From Candidatus Nanopelagicales bacterium (GTDB lineage: Bacteria; Actinomycetota; Actinomycetes; S36-B12), in NCBI GenBank assembly GCA_044345075.1, contig JBIJBU010000002.1, positions 1 through 53,473 on the forward strand: 53,473 nucleotides of DNA, written 5' to 3'. A program made the position numbers and the translations under genes. A model generated the notes under the pieces. The model did not search any database and had not been told where the DNA came from. It saw only the letters and a list, made by a program, of their open reading frames with translations. Below, one piece after another: positions 51,627 to 53,473 of the stretch (position 1 is its first letter; each line of letters starts with the position of its first letter).

Positions 51627-52540
51627 TCAGCACCTCGGATCCGCTGCGCGGCCTCGATGAGCTCAGCGGCCCTGGCATCGAAACTGTGCTCGGCGGCGAT
51701 ACGCGCGGCATTCTCGGTCCGGCGCGATTGATCGACGAAGACGCTCTCGAACGGGGCATTCAGGATTCGCCCGAGTTGATCCGCTGACGAGTACGTCACT
51801 ACGGCGTCACCGAATACCTCAGTGAGGCCGGCGGCTTCATCACTGACGACCCGCGCTCCGCTTGACACCGCGTCGAACAGGCGATTGGAGAGAAAGCCGT
51901 CAGCGGCCATCTCTCGCCAATGGTCATTCAGTACGACACCTGCCCCGGCGTAGGCCGCGGGCAATTCGCCGTTGGGCATGAACTCACCGCGAATGAATTC
52001 TGCGGGAATGAACTCACCCCAGCCCACTCCGTACACGCCGAGCGGGATACCGGCGGAGATCGCATCGCGAACGATCGGTCGGTACTCGCCGCGCGTGGAG
52101 CCCACGAACAGGAAGCGCTCCCCCGTGTCAGGCTGCGCAGCACCGGGCATGAAGCGCTGTGGATTCGTCGCCTGGAGCAGCGGAGACACCGAGCCCGACT
52201 TCCAGGTTGAGCTCGCGGCAAATGCGGCGTCGTACTCGGAAATCTCCCCATCGTCGACGAGCTCGGGGTGCGAGATCACCCAGAGCAGCCAGGTATTGCC
52301 GGCACGACGCGGAGTGACACGACGTAGCCCGCGCAACACGAGAACTACATCGTCCTTATCGCGAGCCTCGGTGCTCGCGCCGCCGCGATAGACGAGGGAA
52401 GCATCCTGGCCCTGTCGGTTGAGTGCGTCAACGAGATCGCGACCGAACCAGGTATCGCCCCACTGCTCACCAGCATCGCCACTGGGCGATGCGACGACAA
52501 CTGCCCACCGCGTCGGTCTCTTGCGCCGCAGCCACGCCAT
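51623..52540 (-). CDS. glycosyltransferase-like protein (CgeB/Glyco_trans_1_2-type C-terminal domain)
   Basis: FLFVGSTRGEYRPIV...GVYGVGW...LNDHWREMAADGFLSNRLFDAVSSGARVVSD. The assignment rests on motif memory only. Confidence 0.5.
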   Translation of the reverse strand: MAWLRRKRPTRWAVVVASPSGDAGEQWGDTWFGRDLVDALNRQGQDASLVYRGGASTEARDKDDVVLVLRGLRRVTPRRAGNTWLLWVISHPELVDDGEISEYDAAFAASSTWKSGSVSPLLQATNPQRFMPGAAQPDTGERFLFVGSTRGEYRPIVRDAISAGIPLGVYGVGWGEFIPAEFIRGEFMPNGELPAAYAGAGVVLNDHWREMAADGFLSNRLFDAVSSGARVVSDEAAGLTEVFGDAVVTYSSADQLGRILNAPFESVFVDQSRRTENAARIAAEHSFDARAAELIEAAQRIRGAE

Positions 52541-53473
52541 CAGGTGTCACGTCCCGCGCCGCCGCGCAGAAAGCCTGCGCCCCAGCACAGATGCATCGTG
52601 CCGTAGACGATCGGCAGCCACAGAGCCGAGCGCAGGTGAAGACGCGGCGCACTCACGGCGCTGATCAGGCTGGCGAGCAGATTTGCAGCCAGGTAGCCCA
52701 GAGGGGCGATCAGTCCGATGCCCCAGAGCCAGCCCTGTCCGGTGACAAGACCCAGTACAACGAGCAGCAGCCCGATCGCGATCGCCGCGACCGCCGCGGG
52801 TGCGGCCAGGTAACGCAGGGAGAGTGTGTCGGGGTGACGGCGCACGACTTCACGCCGCCAACGTCCGTAGTCGTGGTACTGCCGCGCGAGTGCTCCCACG
52901 GTTGCTCGCGGCCGATAGGTCACGAGCATCGCGGGGGTAAACCAGATCAGGCCACCCGTCTCGCGAATCCGCAGATTCATCTCCCAGTCCTGCGCCCGCA
53001 CCATCGTCTCGTCGTAGCCGCCGACTCTGTCGAGTGCACTGCGCCTGAATGTGCCCAGATACACGGTCAGTGCCGGACCTTCACCGCCGCCCACGTGGAA
53101 GGACGCGCCGCCGACTCCGAACTTGGAGGTCATCGCACGAGCGACAGCGACTCCGAATTCCGTAACTCCCTCGGCGGCCATGATTCCGCCGACGTTGTCG
53201 GCACCGGTGCGCTCAAGAGTCTCGACGGCAATCGCCACGTAATCCGGCGGGATCATCGCGTGCCCGTCTACTCGAACAATGACCTCACCCGTTGCAGCGG
53301 CGATGGCCGCATTGAGGCCCGCAGGCGTGCGACCCGACGGATTGTCGACAACGATGACGTGATCACTCGAGCGCTGCAATTCGTCTGCCACGGCACGGGT
53401 GCGGTCCTTCGACGGTCCGACAGCGATCACGACATTGATGGATCCTGCGTATTCCTGCGCCAGGATCCGATTC
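52540..53473 (-). CDS. GT2-family glycosyltransferase with C-terminal TM helices (5' end beyond window)
   Basis: The frame stays open to the window edge (...NRILAQEYAGSINVVIAVGPSKDRT...VDNPSGRTPAGLNAAI...VRVDGH...). The C-terminus carries 2-3 TM helices. Confidence 0.8.
   Translation of the reverse strand, partial: NRILAQEYAGSINVVIAVGPSKDRTRAVADELQRSSDHVIVVDNPSGRTPAGLNAAIAAATGEVIVRVDGHAMIPPDYVAIAVETLERTGADNVGGIMAAEGVTEFGVAVARAMTSKFGVGGASFHVGGGEGPALTVYLGTFRRSALDRVGGYDETMVRAQDWEMNLRIRETGGLIWFTPAMLVTYRPRATVGALARQYHDYGRWRREVVRRHPDTLSLRYLAAPAAVAAIAIGLLLVVLGLVTGQGWLWGIGLIAPLGYLAANLLASLISAVSAPRLHLRSALWLPIVYGTMHLCWGAGFLRGGAGRDT

Overview
High-GC actinobacterial chromosomal window (Micrococcales-like by gene content), with no rRNA, CRISPR array, transposase or integrase. 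About 60 CDS, four tRNAs and one SAM-I riboswitch can be supported.

Two themes dominate the core genes:
- Sulfur assimilation and scavenging: two SfnB/DszC-like flavoenzymes, sirA-cysH-cysG-cbiX, an inserted SsuD-like monooxygenase, TauE, cysK-cysE, a Tat-exported sulfatase, and a riboswitch-controlled ThrC-like/MoaD-like/rhodanese operon.
- Tetrapyrrole synthesis: all nine coproporphyrin-dependent haem genes lie in one hemDCA / hemE-Y-Q-H-B-L divergon, directly next to the siroheme genes.

Between the core blocks, mostly right after tRNA genes, sit accessory-looking patches:
- tRNA-Arg is followed by an ornithine-cyclodeaminase / YheO-type regulator / HemL-paralogue aminotransferase module. 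After it come a low-GC gene for a lipoprotein-anchored cold-shock domain and a secreted acetolactate-decarboxylase homologue.
- A membrane-anchored protein with seven two-cysteine repeats sits back-to-back with an SGNH hydrolase.
- tRNA-Lys is followed by a secreted alpha/beta hydrolase, a pepsin-like aspartic protease and the Tat sulfatase.
- A His-rich membrane protein is followed by YcnI, CopC and CopC, with no CopD.
- tRNA-Leu is followed by a teichoic-acid-like glycopolymer cluster.

Most noteworthy to me:
1. The predicted extracytoplasmic lipoprotein-CSD fusion.
2. The SsuD-like cassette inserted at the convergent cbiX/hemD junction, flanked by diverged duplicates of that junction (Campbell-type footprint) and a 21-bp-arm palindrome.
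3. The SAM-I riboswitch in front of a ThrC-homologue / sulfur-carrier / rhodanese operon.
4. The Cys-repeat envelope protein.
5. The copper cluster lacking CopD.

All calls come from reading the sequence and ORF track. No database search was run.
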